A DNA stretch of 64,000 nt, taken from positions 74,057,020-74,121,019 of the forward strand of contig NC_068983.1 in NCBI RefSeq assembly GCF_001194135.2. Reading direction: 5' to 3'. The notes beneath the pieces were generated by a model. It had not been told where the DNA came from, ran no database searches, and saw nothing but the letters and a program-made list of their open reading frames with translations. The translations under genes were made by a program, and so were the position numbers. The DNA comes from Octopus bimaculoides. Its lineage: Eukaryota. Positions 1 to 13,258 of this stretch are shown piece by piece (position 1 is the first letter of the stretch; each line of letters starts with the position of its first letter).

Positions 1-117
1 TGTCTTTTGCCTATGCATGGAAATTCAAAACAATATGAATAAGTTTCCTTCAAATTCATTGGCTTTTGCCTATATTTAAAAACAATTATTAATATTTATT
101 TTTCTTTCAATTTCCAG

Positions 118-143
118 GATTACCCCAGTTGTCATTCTGATAG
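118..143 (+). CDS. TMEM116: TMEM116-like gene, 26-nt coding micro-exon (DYPSCHSD + phase 2)
   Basis: Polypyrimidine tract tttctttcaatttccAG before 118 and GTtggt donor at 144. Phase 2 joins in frame with exon 3751-3811. Confidence 0.55.
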
Positions 144-225
144 GTTGGTTCTCATATTTAAGAAAAGAGTAAGTTAATTTTTTGTTTTTCAAAATGTTTA
201 TAGTATAGAAAGTTTGCTTCTGCAT

Positions 226-700
226 TGAAAAGACCCATCAAGCCAAGTGAAATCAGTCATGATTTCACTTGGCCGATGCTGGTGTCACATAGCTGGCACT
301 TTTGCTGGTGGTATGTAAAAAGCACCTTTTGAGCATTGGCCTTCAGGGAGTCAAGGTGACCAATGCTGGTGGCACGTGGAAAGCATGTTTCTAGTGTTGG
401 GCCTCATGGAGGCAATGATGAATGATTGAGACCTGGCATTATACTGTGCTTGAGAAAACCCATCAAGCCAAGTAAAGTCATAGTTGTGGCAGATAATGTT
501 GTCATGCAAGTGGCACCCATGCAGGTGGCACATAAAAGCACCCATTACACTCTCAAAGTGGTTGGCGTTAATGAAGGGCATCCAGCTGTAGAAACCATGC
601 CAAATCAGACTGGAGTCTGCCTTCCAGCTTGCCAGCCCTGGTCAAACTGTCCAACCCATACCAGCTTGAACAATGGACGTTAAATGACGGTGATGATGAT
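226..700 (+). repeat. Interspersed repeat with an RTE-like tail (...GGACGTTAAATGA(TG)n); two partial units in tandem
   Basis: The gaaaagacccatcaagccaagt / gctggtggcac..aaaaagcac motifs are duplicated, and a related copy lies at ~9660-9930. Confidence 0.65.
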
Positions 701-1559
701 CAATATTTTTCTGGTTATTCAATTATTTATGAAATAGCTTAATCTGGAATTTTTGTAAGTTTCATGACAAAAGAATCAGCAGCTGAAGATAATTTGTAAG
801 GCAATGACATTTTAAAAAGAAAAAAAAATTATCTTTTACATTTTAGCTTGTTTCAGTCATTAGACATGTTGGGGTACCACCTTGAAAATTTTAGTCAAAT
901 GAATTGACCCTAAAACTATTTAAGTCTGTTACTCTATCAGTCTCTTTTGCCAAACTGCTAAGTTATGGGGATATAAATACATCAACATCAGTTGTCAAGT
1001 GGTGTTAGGGGACACACATAGCTATATATTGTGTCTAGGGAGGTTCATTAAGCCAATAAAAATTAAAATGCAAAAATGGGGGAGTGCGCACGCGCACGCG
1101 CACGCGCACGCGCGCACGCACACGCACAGGTGCCATGTGGTGGGGCTGAACCAAAAATCCTGTGATTAGGAAGCAGACATTTTACCATGCAGCCATACTT
1201 CATAATTTTTATTTTATTCCATTTTTGGCTTGGGTAAAATGATAGTAACAATACTCTAAGTACTTCAACTGCAGTTTTTCTCCAGTTTGAAATTTTGATA
1301 GTGGTGGTATTTTGTTTTAGATCAGCTCTGATCAGAGGCATGCTAACTGTGATCATATCCCCTTTTATTTAAACTTAGTGGATCTAAGATTAAACATGCC
1401 TTATTTTCAAGATGGCAGAAGTGATTTAAAAAAAAATTTTTATTGGAAGAGTTATTTGCCATTTCTAGCAGGATAAATGACCACATTGATTCTGATGCTT
1501 AAAGTTGAGAAACATCATTAAAAAGGAAATCTCAAAGGGTCTTTAACTTGCAGAGCCTG

Positions 1560-2130
1560 GATTTCAGGAAGAGCCCAAGGCTTTTGCTGGCACTCTTGGA
1601 TCACTATTGAGATATATATCCTTGAGGCCAACTCCTGCCAGTATTGAAAATAGACATTAAATGATGTTGGTGACATTCCTCTTGAATTTTTTGTAAGTCA
1701 GCTCCTATGAGAAAGAGATGAATAGGGAGGTAATTCCTGTGAACCAATTGTTTGAGAAGGAAGGGAGGGGGAGGGGAGGTTTCACCACAACAGTGGTGAT
1801 GAGGGGAGACAAATGGGTCAGGAGTACTCGAATGTACCTTACTGACTTTGAGGCAGGGACCCTGGGAACATGAGGAGCAAAGGCTTTGGTAGTAAGGAAG
1901 AAAAAGCAGATGCAGGATACAGCATATCTGTGGGCCAGAGGCTGGTGTAGGTTTTTGCATGACTTTATGTCAGTCAGTTTGTCAGGCCCTTTTCTGGGTG
2001 TGGTTTAGGGTGTCTGTGTAGCAGCAGCATCCCAGCACTGGGTATAATACTGTGGGCTTCATCTGAGCTTTGCAATTTCAGCAAAGTGATAAACAGAAGT
2101 GAGATGGGTGAGCTGAATTTACATATTACA
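1560..2130 (-). mobile_element. Degenerate LINE (CR1/L2/Jockey-like) RT C-terminal fragment
   Basis: Broken minus-strand frames give DLQKIQEEC...LMSIFN and KSLGLFLKSR, resembling post-YADD LINE segments; many stops. Confidence 0.4.
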
Positions 2131-2571
2131 TATTACAATCTCTGACTCACACATTTGCTGTTACTGCTCTCTCTCTCTCTTTACTTCATCAGTTACTATG
2201 AATGGCCTTTGTTCCTGGTATCATGTGTGACAAAGCAAATTATATTTATTTTCATTTGTTAACCTTTTGACTAGTATCTGGTTAAATGTGTCTTCTGGTG
2301 ATGGAAAAGAACAGGAGAGATGTAAATTGCATAGTCCAATTTGTTTTTGTATTCATTTCAGTACCATTTTAATTTTAAAAATAACAAAAATAGTAACTAC
2401 TCTGGCAAAATCAGTGAGATGAACATAGTCTAAAATTAACATTAGTTTTAAAATGGTAGAGTATAGCTGGAGGTGAAGTGGGGATTTAGTTATATATCTA
2501 TCTATCTATCAGGTCACATGACAACAGATTTGTTGTCTTATGTAATAAATCTGGGGAGTATACCTGTGGGC

Positions 2572-2949
2572 TGTGGAGGTGCAATGGCCCAGTGGTTTGG
2601 GCAGCGGACTCGCGGTCATAGGATCGCGGTTTCGATTCCCAGACCGGGCGTTGTGAACGTTTATTGAGCGAAAACACCTAAAGCTTCACGAGGCTCCGGC
2701 AGGGGGTGGTGGCGAACCCTGCTGTACTCTTTCACCACAATTTTCTCTTGCTCTTTCTTCCTGTTTCTGTTGTGCCTGTAATTCAAGGGTCAGCCTTGTC
2801 ACACTGTGTCATGCTGAATCTCCCCGAGAACTACGTTAAGGGTACACATGTCTGTGGAGTGCTCAGCCACTTGCACGTTAATATCATGAGCAGGCTGTTC
2901 CGTTGATCGGATCAACTGGAACCCTCGTCGTCATAACCGACGGAGTGCC
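2572..2949 (+). mobile_element. tRNA-derived SINE, full length, 12-bp TSD
   Basis: A/B-box head (GGCCCAGTGGTT...GGTTTCGATTCCC). TSD ATACCTGTGGGC at 2560-2571 and 2950-2961. Near-identical copy at 33150-33538. Confidence 0.9.
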
Positions 2950-3750
2950 ATACCTGTGGGCCATAACTTGCCATATGGCCAACTGTTTACTTGCATGATC
3001 TGACCCAGGACTGCAAACAACAAGAAGCACACATTAAAGAACGAAGTACAACATTCAGTATACCTGATGTTAGATAGTCTAGTCATGGTTGGAATGCATT
3101 TGGTTATATATTTGCTCATTCATGTCATAACAACAATAATTAATACTATATAAAAATGTAATAAAGACAATCTCAATAGCTTAGAGTATTCTCTGGAGTC
3201 ACTCATTTGTAAGGAAGGGTGGTTATTATGATTAATGTACTCAACCCAAATGCCAGTGATTTTGATTCAGCTTGGTTTGGTTGATCACACTCCTCTTTCA
3301 TTTTCCATACTGGCTGAATCTAGAAGAGGCAGTGCCCATGACCTTTTTAGGCCTCACCAAAGCTGGTGAAGTTTATGTTGTTGGTGTTCTGTCTTAATTG
3401 TTGCAATTCAGCAAGTGCAGGAAAGATATGACCAAGAAGCTTCCAGTAACCCTATATTTTTAGGAGAAATGTCTAGGAATAGTAGTTAGTGTAAAATGTG
3501 AGGAGTTGGACAAACAACTGATGAGGGGTGGAGAGATAAATGGATCAGAAGTGTCTGATTAGAGAAGGTTTCAGAATAACCAGATCTGTGGTACAGAGAC
3601 TGTTATTGTAACTATAATAAACACATTTCAACCTCTGCCCCACATTCATGCTGTCTCTGTTATTGATGTAATACTAATCGTTACATATGTGTGACTATGT
3701 ACCATGTACTCTTGGGAAAACAAAACAATCATCACATTATTTTTGAATAG

Positions 3751-3811
3751 TTATATCTACCTTTTGAACTCCTCTTGCAACTGGACAATTCCAAAAGAAT
3801 ATTCTGTGAAG
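3751..3811 (+). CDS. TMEM116: TMEM116-like coding exon (S-YIYLLNSSCNWTIPKEYSVK)
   Basis: ttttgaatAG acceptor and GTAAGT donor at 3812. 61 nt, ends in phase 0, matching the next exon. Confidence 0.7.
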
Positions 3812-4264
3812 GTAAGTTTGATTTCATTATTTTGTGTTACATTTTCCATTTATGGGTGGAATAGATATTTGCAAATATCCATTTTTTGACCAGTTAAATG
3901 TCTCTCAGATCATCTCTCCCAAAATATACACATACAAGAGGTAACTATAGAGGTTGACAAAAAAATGGTATTTGACCATATTGTTCGCACTCCGTCGCTT
4001 ACGACATCGAGGGTTCCAGTTGATCCAATCAACGGAACAGCCTGCTCATGAAATTAATGTGCAAGTGGCTGAGCACTCCACAGACACGTATACCTTTAAT
4101 GTAGTTCTTGGGGATATTCAGCGTGACACAGTGTGACAAGGCTGACCCTTTGAATTACAGGTACAACAGAAACAGGAAGTAAGAATGAGTGAAAGTTGTG
4201 GTGAAAGAGTACAGAAGGGTTCGCCACCATTCCCTGCTGGAGTCTCATGGAGCTTTAGGTGTTT

Positions 4265-4415
4265 TCGCTCAATAAACACTCACAACGCCCGGTCTGGGAA
4301 CCGAAACCGCGATCCTATGACNNNNNNNNNNAAACACTCACAACGCCCGGTCTGGGAACCGAAACCGCGATCCTATGACCGCGCGTCCGCTGCCCTAACC
4401 ACTGGGCCATTGCAC
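4265..4415 (-). mobile_element. 5' part of the same tRNA-derived SINE
   Basis: Reverse complement of the 2572-2700 head, duplicated across a 9-N gap. Confidence 0.8.
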
Positions 4416-5669
4416 CTCCACAATTGTGCATGTATACATATATGTATGTGAATCTTATGCATTTATAAATAACATACAAGTTTAAATTGGTAGATGTTTA
4501 TAAGGCTGGAAGGTATAATATTTCTATATTTGGGGTCCATTGCACAATATATACCCGTTTCCTCTTCTGCTCTCTGTTTATTTGCTACTCTTTCATCTGT
4601 CTATCACTCATCTTTTTTATCAATGTCTCTCTTTCTTCAGCCAAACTGTTTCTATTCACTTATCCACTGCCTGACTAAATAGGGTGTGTGTATGTGTATG
4701 TGTGTGTGTGTAAACTAGATTTTTGGAATGAGCATGAATGTATATATGTATGCATATATATGTATATATATTATATTTATATCCACTAGCACTCATTGTT
4801 GAGTATTCAAGTATGCACACATTTTCCTTACCTATTGAATGGCATAAGGGGCAAACTATATTTGAAAAATATGAATTATTCACGTAACATTGTAATTGTT
4901 GTTATTTGTTCTAGAACTATCCATGGAAATACCATTATCACCAGTATATAAATGTATAACCCCTTAATTTGTAACTAGCTTGAGTGCTAAAATACGAAAC
5001 TCACTGTCCTTGAGTCACTCTTACTTCTGCTAAATATTCTTTCATATAGTTATATTTTGAAAGATAAGGAGGTATCAAATTACTTATTCACTTTAAGGTA
5101 ATATTTAGTCTTCTATGTAACCATGAAATAGACATGTAACCTGTAATCAGATTGTGTCAGATATAAATAAATTTGTAATTTTGGATGAATTCACATGCAG
5201 TGGATAAATATGTTTGAAGCTTAAATTTGCGTAAAAAACTACAAAAATGAAACAAATATATCGTACCTTATGTGCAAGAGAATTACGCAAAGACTGAGTA
5301 AATTAAACGGCGAACTAATTTAATTTCAATTTAGATTAATGCTCAACAATAATAAGATATACGTATTTAAAGGTCATAATGACGTAAGGGAAATAACCCC
5401 GTCCTTAAATGTAAGGGAGGCCACTCTATCAGCACCGAAAATTGACTTGTCAATGAAGAAACTTCCTCGACAACGACCAAACTGGTCTCGCTGTTTATTA
5501 GTCTATCAAAGAAAGGAATATATTATATAAAACCGTCCTAGATACACAATACCCGAGAAAAGAACAGGAGTTTTTTGGATACAGATCTACTTTATTACAG
5601 TTAACCTAGAGTTAAACAATTATTTGAAGAGACCAGTGATCTTTGTCTGCTGATTTCTGTTACTCTTTT

Positions 5670-5861
5670 ATTTGTTTCAGCCATTTGACTGCGACCATGC
5701 TGGAGCACCGCCTTTAGTCGAGCTAATCGACCCCAGGACTTATTCTCTGGAAGCCTAGTACTTATTCTATCGGTCTCTTTTGCCGAACAGCTAAGTTACG
5801 GGGGACGTAAACACACCACCATCGGTTGTCAAGCGTTGGTGGCGGGACAAACACACACACA

Positions 5862-5899
<38 letters not shown>

Positions 5900-6050
5900 T
5901 ATACGACGGGCTTCTTTCAGTTTCCATTTACCAAATCCACTCACAAGGCTTTGGTTGGCCTAAGGCTATAGTAGAAGGTGCCACACAGTGGGACTGAACC
6001 CGGAACCATGTGGTTGGTAAGCAAGCTACTTACCACACAGCCACTTCTGC
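5670..6050 (-). mobile_element. Composite tRNA-head SINE with internal (TA)n/(CA)n
   Basis: Reverse-complement homologue of 60853-61250; tRNA-like head at ~5975-6050. Confidence 0.75.
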
Positions 6051-7166
6051 GCCTAATAAATTTTTTAAAATTGAAGGTGCTGTGGTGTGAAGAGGCAAAT
6101 TCTAAAGGTTGTGAGCTGGAACCTTTGTCAAAAGAAGATTACCAATTATACAAGACACTTATTTCTACACCACTTCAATAATACTGTCTCCCCACTTTTT
6201 TTTTTTCATAATGTTACTCCAGATTATTCCATTGCCTTTCAGGCACATCAAACAGAATAGTCTGTGTGTGCTGTTTAACTCTTTCACTGCAAAATTAAAT
6301 TTCATGGCTATTCTTGTAATCTTAAATATCTACCAACAAAATAGAATTTGTATTTTCTGGAAGCCACATAGCTTCAATAAATTTGACAGATCTTGACAGA
6401 AAATAGTCTCAAATATTAAATTCCTCAACAAAATATAGATTGGTATATAAAATTGTTTCCATAGTGAAGGATAATAAAATTTTGTGGGTACACACCTGCT
6501 TTTTGTAGTGAAAAACTGAGGAAAATGTCTTTCTTAACCATTTTACTGCATACCTGCTGCATGAAGACTTAATAGTAAAGTTGGTGTTAGGCCATTTATA
6601 CTAAGCCAAGAAACCTTAATTATGCCATTAATTATATGGCTTAGTCTGTGGAAGAACATTGAAACTCTAAAATAGTTTGGTGGGTTGGACATGAATGCAA
6701 CTTTCTTCAAGTTAGTAAAAAAATGACATTGAAGAAATGATTTGGAAAACTTAAAGATCTCAAAAACAGACTGGTGTTGAAAGGTTGTCAATGTGTAAGA
6801 TAAAAGCATACTTGTTATGAGCAATTCTGGCCAAACAATACTGAAAGACAAACCCTCAATATTGGGGATTGAATCTGACTTTCAGCAGTTCAGTGACAAA
6901 TGTAGGCATGTTTCTGTATTATCCCATCAAGAAAGTGTAATCTTACCATGACTGCAAAAGGTAGTGAGGGAGAACACTGACTGAGGTAATACCAGTTAAG
7001 AATTATTTCAAGATTGTTTTCACTGCCTTTACTGACTCAAATTAGTTTGTTCTCATCACTGTGGATATAATTTAAAAAAAAAATTAATCTGGATAGTGTG
7101 TATATTATCTTCAATAGATAATGTATGTTTGAAATCTTTACAAACCCATGTTTTATTCTGTTTCAG

Positions 7167-7247
7167 AACAACTCCATGGCATTCCTGTTCTGGTTCAATA
7201 ACAGCTTTCCAGTAGGAATCTACATCATAGTTTTAATTGCTATCCTG
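7167..7247 (+). CDS. TMEM116: TMEM116-like coding exon, TM5 (NNSMAFLFWFNNSFPVGIYIIVLIAIL)
   Basis: ttttattctgtttcAG acceptor and GTtagt donor. 81 nt, only one open frame, hydrophobic helix. Confidence 0.8.
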
Positions 7248-8497
7248 GTTAGTACACTTTATAAAATGAGAATGGCTTGCAATATTTTGTTTGGAGGGGA
7301 AATTTACAGATGGTGTTTACATATCATTGGTGGTTAAAAAAAGGAATAACATCTAAGAGAAAGAAATGAACAGTTTAAGTTGATATTCCTTGTAGAGTCA
7401 AAATTGTTTCTATCACTTGAACATGGTTCTGGTGGGTCTACTTTATGGTAACTCTATGAATCTACCTTTTGTTTAGTTGCCTCCTTTTCTGTAAGAATGA
7501 ACAATTTGTTTAAATTAAAAAATTATTAATTGTTAAAATGTTTATAGTAGGAAGCAAGAAGCACTTTTTAATTCTGTCTCAACTAAGGAGTGGTAACTGT
7601 TTATACCTAAGCATTAGATAATTTTACATTGCAATATATTTCTATAAATACTTGAAATTGATTTTTAAGGTTATAACTCCAGTATGAGTGGCCTGATGGT
7701 TAAGGTGTTGGAATCACTATTGCAAGATCATGATTTTGGTTTCCAGACTGGGTAGGCAGTGCATTCTTTTTGCATTTCTCCAATCCATTCAGCTGAAAAT
7801 TAGCACCAACAACAGCTGAAAGTTAGTCCTGTAACTGACTTGTATCCCATTTTAGGGCTGTGTTGTACTCTGTTGCTTATATACCTCAAAAACTTGGATA
7901 AACCCTTGCCTAATAATTCTGTAGGCTCATGTTAAACCTAACCCTATCCAAAAGGGAATATATGACTTTGGTGAGGTTTCCAATGTTGACCTTCTGCTTC
8001 TGTGTAGTTAGAACCTTGCATATTCAATCATTTAGGTTGTGTCAGGGGATATCTGAAAAAATAATATTTTGGTAAAATAATTTCAGTAATTAGTACTTCA
8101 AGTCTTGTAATACACTATTGAACAGATGATTTAGTCTGAACATTAACATATGAAAAATGGTTAATGCAAGGAGCATTAACCCTTTTAATAACAAACCTGT
8201 CTAATACATTCCCTGGTTTGATGATACAAACTGCTTATTTTAAAATGATTTAATTAAAACCATCCATCAAAATTTCATACTAACTTTTGTTCCAAACACC
8301 AGCTTAATAATGATGAATTTAATTTAAATTCTTTATTATTTTGACAATTAATCAAAATAAAGACTGAAATATTATAAGAGTTAAATAGCTAGCTCAAAAT
8401 AATTGTAAAGCAAGAAAAAATATATTAGTCATTGACTTATTTGATGAAATAATATAACTAATAGGTTTCATATTAATGATTTTATATTTACTGGCAG

Positions 8498-8549
8498 ATA
8501 TTGAGTTGTAAAGTAATTAAAATGTACACCCAAGCAAACAGAAATCGGG
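8498..8549 (+). CDS. TMEM116: TMEM116-like coding exon (ILSCKVIKMYTQANRNR + phase 1)
   Basis: ctggcAG acceptor and GTAAGT donor at 8550. Phase 0 in, phase 1 out, compatible with both neighbours. Confidence 0.8.
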
Positions 8550-9986
8550 GTAAGTTAACATATTGCTCACTTTCTCTTTCATTTTTCCATTTTTTGTTTT
8601 TGTCTTATTTATATGCAAACAGTATCATTCTGACATCCATTCTTGCATGGACTGGATGGAATTTGTGGCAGACTTTCTGCTAGGGTTGAATACCCTCCCT
8701 GTTGCCAACCCTCAGTTTCCAGGCAAGGTAGTATTACCCAATGGCCAGATGTTTTCTTGCAGAATATTGGTAATGAATGATGCTGCTTGTATGACAATGA
8801 CTAGCATTTTATAAGTATTATGCAATGTCACGACAAGGTAACCCATGCACACACACAGACACACACACACAGACACACACACACATACATTGTGATTGTT
8901 TTTCTTCCATTTCTGTCTACCAAATATACTCACAATGCTGTGGATGACCCAAAAGACATTTGCCCAAAGTGCCATGCAGTGGTACTGAATGAACTCCGAT
9001 CCACGTGGTTGGGCAGCAAACTACTTATCACATAATCACGTCTGTGTCTATGTCTTCTGCAAATCTTAGTGATATTTACAAGATAGATTCTGATTTTAAA
9101 GAGATGATAGAGGGATAAAAATGGGTGGACATTTACCGTATCACAGACTTAAGCAACCTGGACCAACATGACAAAGTGGATGCCAAAATATTGATGGTAA
9201 TGATGATACACATACAAAGGGTGTGGTGTGGTGCAATTGAAGAAAGGTTTAACTTCTGAATTTAAGGATACAACTTCAAGAGGGTTACTGACCTATTTTA
9301 TAAACACTTCTGCAGGTTGATACTTAAGATTATAGAGTATTAGCCAGTAAAAGTGGTTATTTAGCTCCAGAAGGGTTGTAATGAAGCACTTATAGGATCA
9401 GAAGTATTCAAACTATGATCATACATGTCTTTGTGCATATAGGATTATATTATCTCCTGTCTATTTTTTGCAAAATGACAGTTTGATGGAAGGTGGTGGT
9501 GGTAATTTGGCTGCTATTTCTAGCAGGTCAGTATCCTGAAGAGAATTGCTTAGATCAGGCAAAGTAAAGATCTAGCAGATAGATTGCCATTTTTTTCTTT
9601 TCTTTTTACTTTTTCTCTTTTTTTACAAAGACATTTGGAATACAGTTTAGAATAAGTGTGGGTCAATGCCAGTGGCACATAAAAAGCACCATCTAAACGT
9701 GGCCAATGCCCCTTGACTGGCTCCCATGCCAGTGCTGCTTGACTGGCTTCCATGCCGGTGGCACATAAAAAGCACTCACTACACTCTTGGAGTGGTTGTC
9801 AATAGGAAGGGCATCCAGCTGTAGAAACCTTGCCAGATTAGATTGGAGCCTGGTGCAGCCCACTGGCTTGCCAGACCTCAGTCAAACTGTCCAACCTATG
9901 CCAGCATGGAAAACGGACGTTAAATGATGAATATTTTAGTGATTAATTGTCTTTTCTTTTGTTTTAATCAATTTGATCCAATTTAG

Positions 9987-10079
9987 GTATAATTGGTTAT
10001 TGCCAGAGACGTCGAGAACATCAGCTGAAAGCTCATCTTGCATTTGATGTTGTCATTTTTATGATTTGTTGGGGACCTT
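9987..10079 (+). CDS. TMEM116: TMEM116-like coding exon, TM6 (GIIGYCQRRREHQLKAHLAFDVVIFMICWGP)
   Basis: caatttAG acceptor and GTAAGT donor at 10080. 93 nt, phase 1-1. ICWGP matches the CCWGP motif I recall from vertebrate TMEM116 TM6. Confidence 0.85.
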
Positions 10080-10555
10080 GTAAGTAACAGTTTTCTTTTA
10101 TCAGCAAACCTTTCTTGTGATATGTAACCAATATCTTTTTACTATCTATCGGTATTTGGCTCTAGATCAGCTTTTATACAGCAAACCAAAGCTCAAAGGT
10201 ATTCCAGCTGTGATTGTCTGACATAGTGTTTTTTTAAAAATTTTTTCAAATGAATTTTTTTTTTATCAGCATAGAGTAGCCAAGACGTTATCATTTCAAG
10301 TACTGTTATAATGCAATATTGGTAAGACTTGCTGGCTATTTCTAAGATTGTTAAATATTGAGCAGCCTCTCTCTGAAGTTCTTATTTATAGTTAAAAGTT
10401 TAAAGATCCATAGTCCTATGAATACACTGTTTCTATTAGTTGGACTGGTATCTTCATCTTGATTGTTGCTTTCATTACAATCAAGATGAAGGCACCAGTC
10501 TAATATAAACAGTATACATAATATAAATTCCTCATCTCAGAAATATAGAATTGTA

Positions 10556-10710
10556 TTGGGTCATCCCATAAATAATGTAGTTTTTTTCAATTGCATGAAC
10601 TAAAAGTTGGAGGGGGACGGGATAAACTTACTATAAAAGCAGGTAGTAATTTTACCTTGTCCTTATTCTTAGTGCGAGTTTTGAAGAGGGCAGTTCGATT
10701 TGAAAGAAAC
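10556..10710 (+). mobile_element. mariner 5' terminal fragment (one TIR) in a TMEM116-like intron
   Basis: TA + TTGGGTCATCCCATAAATAATG matches the TIR and 5' subterminal sequence of the element at 59144-59983. Confidence 0.75.
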
Positions 10711-11150
10711 ACATTTAGCAGGGCTTACATATATTACTATTTATAACAGTTTGATTTGGCCCCATACAACTTTGTGTTTTGTAGGCTTTTTACAAAACCG
10801 TGGCTCATTGGGCTCAAGTAGTAGAATCATTATACACACACTCTTTTACTGATTTCAGCTATTTGATTGTGGTTGTGCTGCAATACTATCTTTTTTAAGG
10901 TATAATGGCTTACATCAATCCCAATAATTACTTAATTTTCAATTGTATGGTTGAAATGATCCAAAACACAGCTGTGGGAAATTTGAACTCAGTGTATTTA
11001 GTACAAAATATTTTGACACTCAACAAATTCTGCCATCACCCCGTCATAATGATTTTTATATAATTCTTATATAACACTCATTTAAAAAAAAATACACTAG
11101 CATTTTTTAAATGTGTTTAATGTAATTATTGTATGTGATATCTTTTTCAG

Positions 11151-11233
11151 CTATTATCATCAATATTACCATGTTGTATAACAGCTGCAACCATACCCCA
11201 ATTTGTATTTCTAGGATAATCTTCTTATTACAG
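11151..11233 (+). CDS. TMEM116: TMEM116-like coding exon (S-IIINITMLYNSCNHTPICISRIIFLLQ)
   Basis: tctttttcAG acceptor and GTAAGT donor at 11234. Phase 1 in, phase 0 out. Confidence 0.85.
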
Positions 11234-11858
11234 GTAAGTGACATGGCTTTTAGCATAACTACAATAACTAAAAACTTAAATATTTTAGTAGTAAGCTTCA
11301 ATAAATTTTGTATTGTCAATGAAACAAGAAAAGATATGAGCTTTGCTTAACTGCTCAATAAAATGGCTATAGGAGTAGTTTAACCATACATGAGCTCTGA
11401 TCGTATAGTCAAAGATGGTATTAGATTAAGACCATGTCACCGTTTTATGTTAGTGATCACATTGCTCAGTGTATCCTATATTTAATAAGACATGTTTTGA
11501 GGGAAATTTGGTTTCTGTTTTAGCAGGTTCTGTGACCATACAGATCAGGCACAGGCAACTTTTTTCAAGAAGCAGGCTGCATGTGACAGGGATCATCAGA
11601 TGGGTTGCATTTCTCAAATTTTGATGATAATTTTTCATTGAGCATACAATTCAGAAATCCTATGGGTCACAGTTTGCCCATGACTTCTTGACTTGAAGTA
11701 GTAGTAAAGTTGGATCCCTCTATTCTATTGTCTGTATTTTAACTAACATAACCTCATAGCAACCTTACAATATTTGCAGACATAACTACATACTTTGTTT
11801 CATTTTGAGGAATCCAAGTTTAACCTTCTATTATTACCATCTTGGTTTTTGTTTACAG

Positions 11859-11984
11859 GCAATATTGGCACCATCACAAGGAATTATCGATTTTGCTGTC
11901 TTCTACTTCAATGTAAACCACTGGTGCTTGTTTTTGGCAGAAGACGACCCAAATATCATGACACCACTTCTACACAGCAGTTAG
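11859..11984 (+). CDS. TMEM116: TMEM116-like terminal coding exon, TM7 and tail (AILAPSQGIIDFAVFYF...MTPLLHSS*)
   Basis: tttttgtttacAG acceptor; TAG stop at 11982-11984. Spliced LQAILAPSQG and TPLL resemble the LQALTATSQG and TPLL motifs I recall from TMEM116. Symbol assigned from memory of motifs, not from a search. Confidence 0.8.
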   Translation, partial: AILAPSQGIIDFAVFYFNVNHWCLFLAEDDPNIMTPLLHSS

Positions 11985-13258
11985 CAGTAATTTTGTTTAT
12001 ATTAAAAGATTGTTTTGATTCAACTTGAAAGTCTAAAAACATTTACCACATCAAGAATGCCAGGTAATAATAGAAATTTGTTGCATCATCCTTGATAATG
12101 AAGAGATGTGAAGTGGAAATAACAAAAAAAAAAAAAAAATTTTTTTTCTTGAAAATCATTATAATTGGAAGAATGTGTTGCTAAATTTTGTAGTTCAAAT
12201 GATTTAACAAGACATTTCAATCTTCCTACTTCTCCACAAGAAAATATAAGAAATAGTTGGGAGAGAGGAGTTGAGTTGGAGAGAGGACAAATGATGAAGC
12301 ATTGTTATTATAATTATTATTTGTTTAATTATAACAGTTATTATTACCCTTATGTTAAACAAAATACTTAGCAGCATTTTGTCTGTCATTGTTCTACGTT
12401 CAAATTCTGTTGAGTTAGACTTTGCCTTTCATCTTTCCAGGGCTGATAAAATAAGTACCAGCTGAGCACTGTGGGGTTTTTGCAGGAGGCCACATAAATG
12501 ACTTACCCTCTCCCCTGAAATTACTTGCCTTATGCCAAAATTTGAAACTATCGTTATTACAATTATTCTTATTTTTATAATAATTATTATTCTCATTAGC
12601 AGACCAAATAAAATTCTTATCAGCATTTCTTCTGGCTTTACATTCTGAGTTCAGATTCCAACATGGCTGACATTGCCTTTCGCACGTTCAAGTTTGATAA
12701 AATAAGTACCAATCAAGCTCTGGTGTGTGTGTGAGTCAGTCAGTCATTGTAATCGAGTAGACCCTCTACCAAAATTTCTATAGTAGAAAGGATTATTATT
12801 ATTATTATTACTACAGCAGTTAGAAAATCCTTAGTGGTACTTGTTCTGGTTCTTCACTTTCAGAGTTCAAATCCATCCTGCTGAGGTTGACTTTCTTGTT
12901 ATCTTTCTGGGACTGATGAATTAAGGTACTGTTAAATGTACTGAGGACAGAATTAGCTTCAGCATAGAAGATTGTAGAAATAAGTATGCTAGCAATTTAC
13001 CATGTTAAAAAAAATAAGACCAGGAACTGCAGGTCTTGAGCAATTGGCTTTCCAAAACTGACATATATATTATGTAAGCAGGCCTGAGAGACTGGATGCT
13101 ATGGGTAGTCTGTGGTTTGTGTTATATCACATGTTCGGATGGCGTGCCTTCACCAATAATGTACCTCTAATCAACTACCGAACTCTCACTTCCGACGACT
13201 CGACTCAACAGAACTCGACGTCTAGACTATCGATGGCTCCAGCTCGCTCTACCAACAC

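Noticed and set aside
1085-1128. Alternating (GCAC/GC)n purine-pyrimidine tract, potential Z-DNA
   Set aside because: Simple microsatellite in an intron; nothing supports a function.
2572-2650. tRNA gene-like sequences (also ~5975-6050, 33150-33230, 60853-60920)
   Set aside because: They are SINE heads continuing into shared SINE bodies, with TSDs at the 2572 and 33150 copies; no complete cloverleaf.
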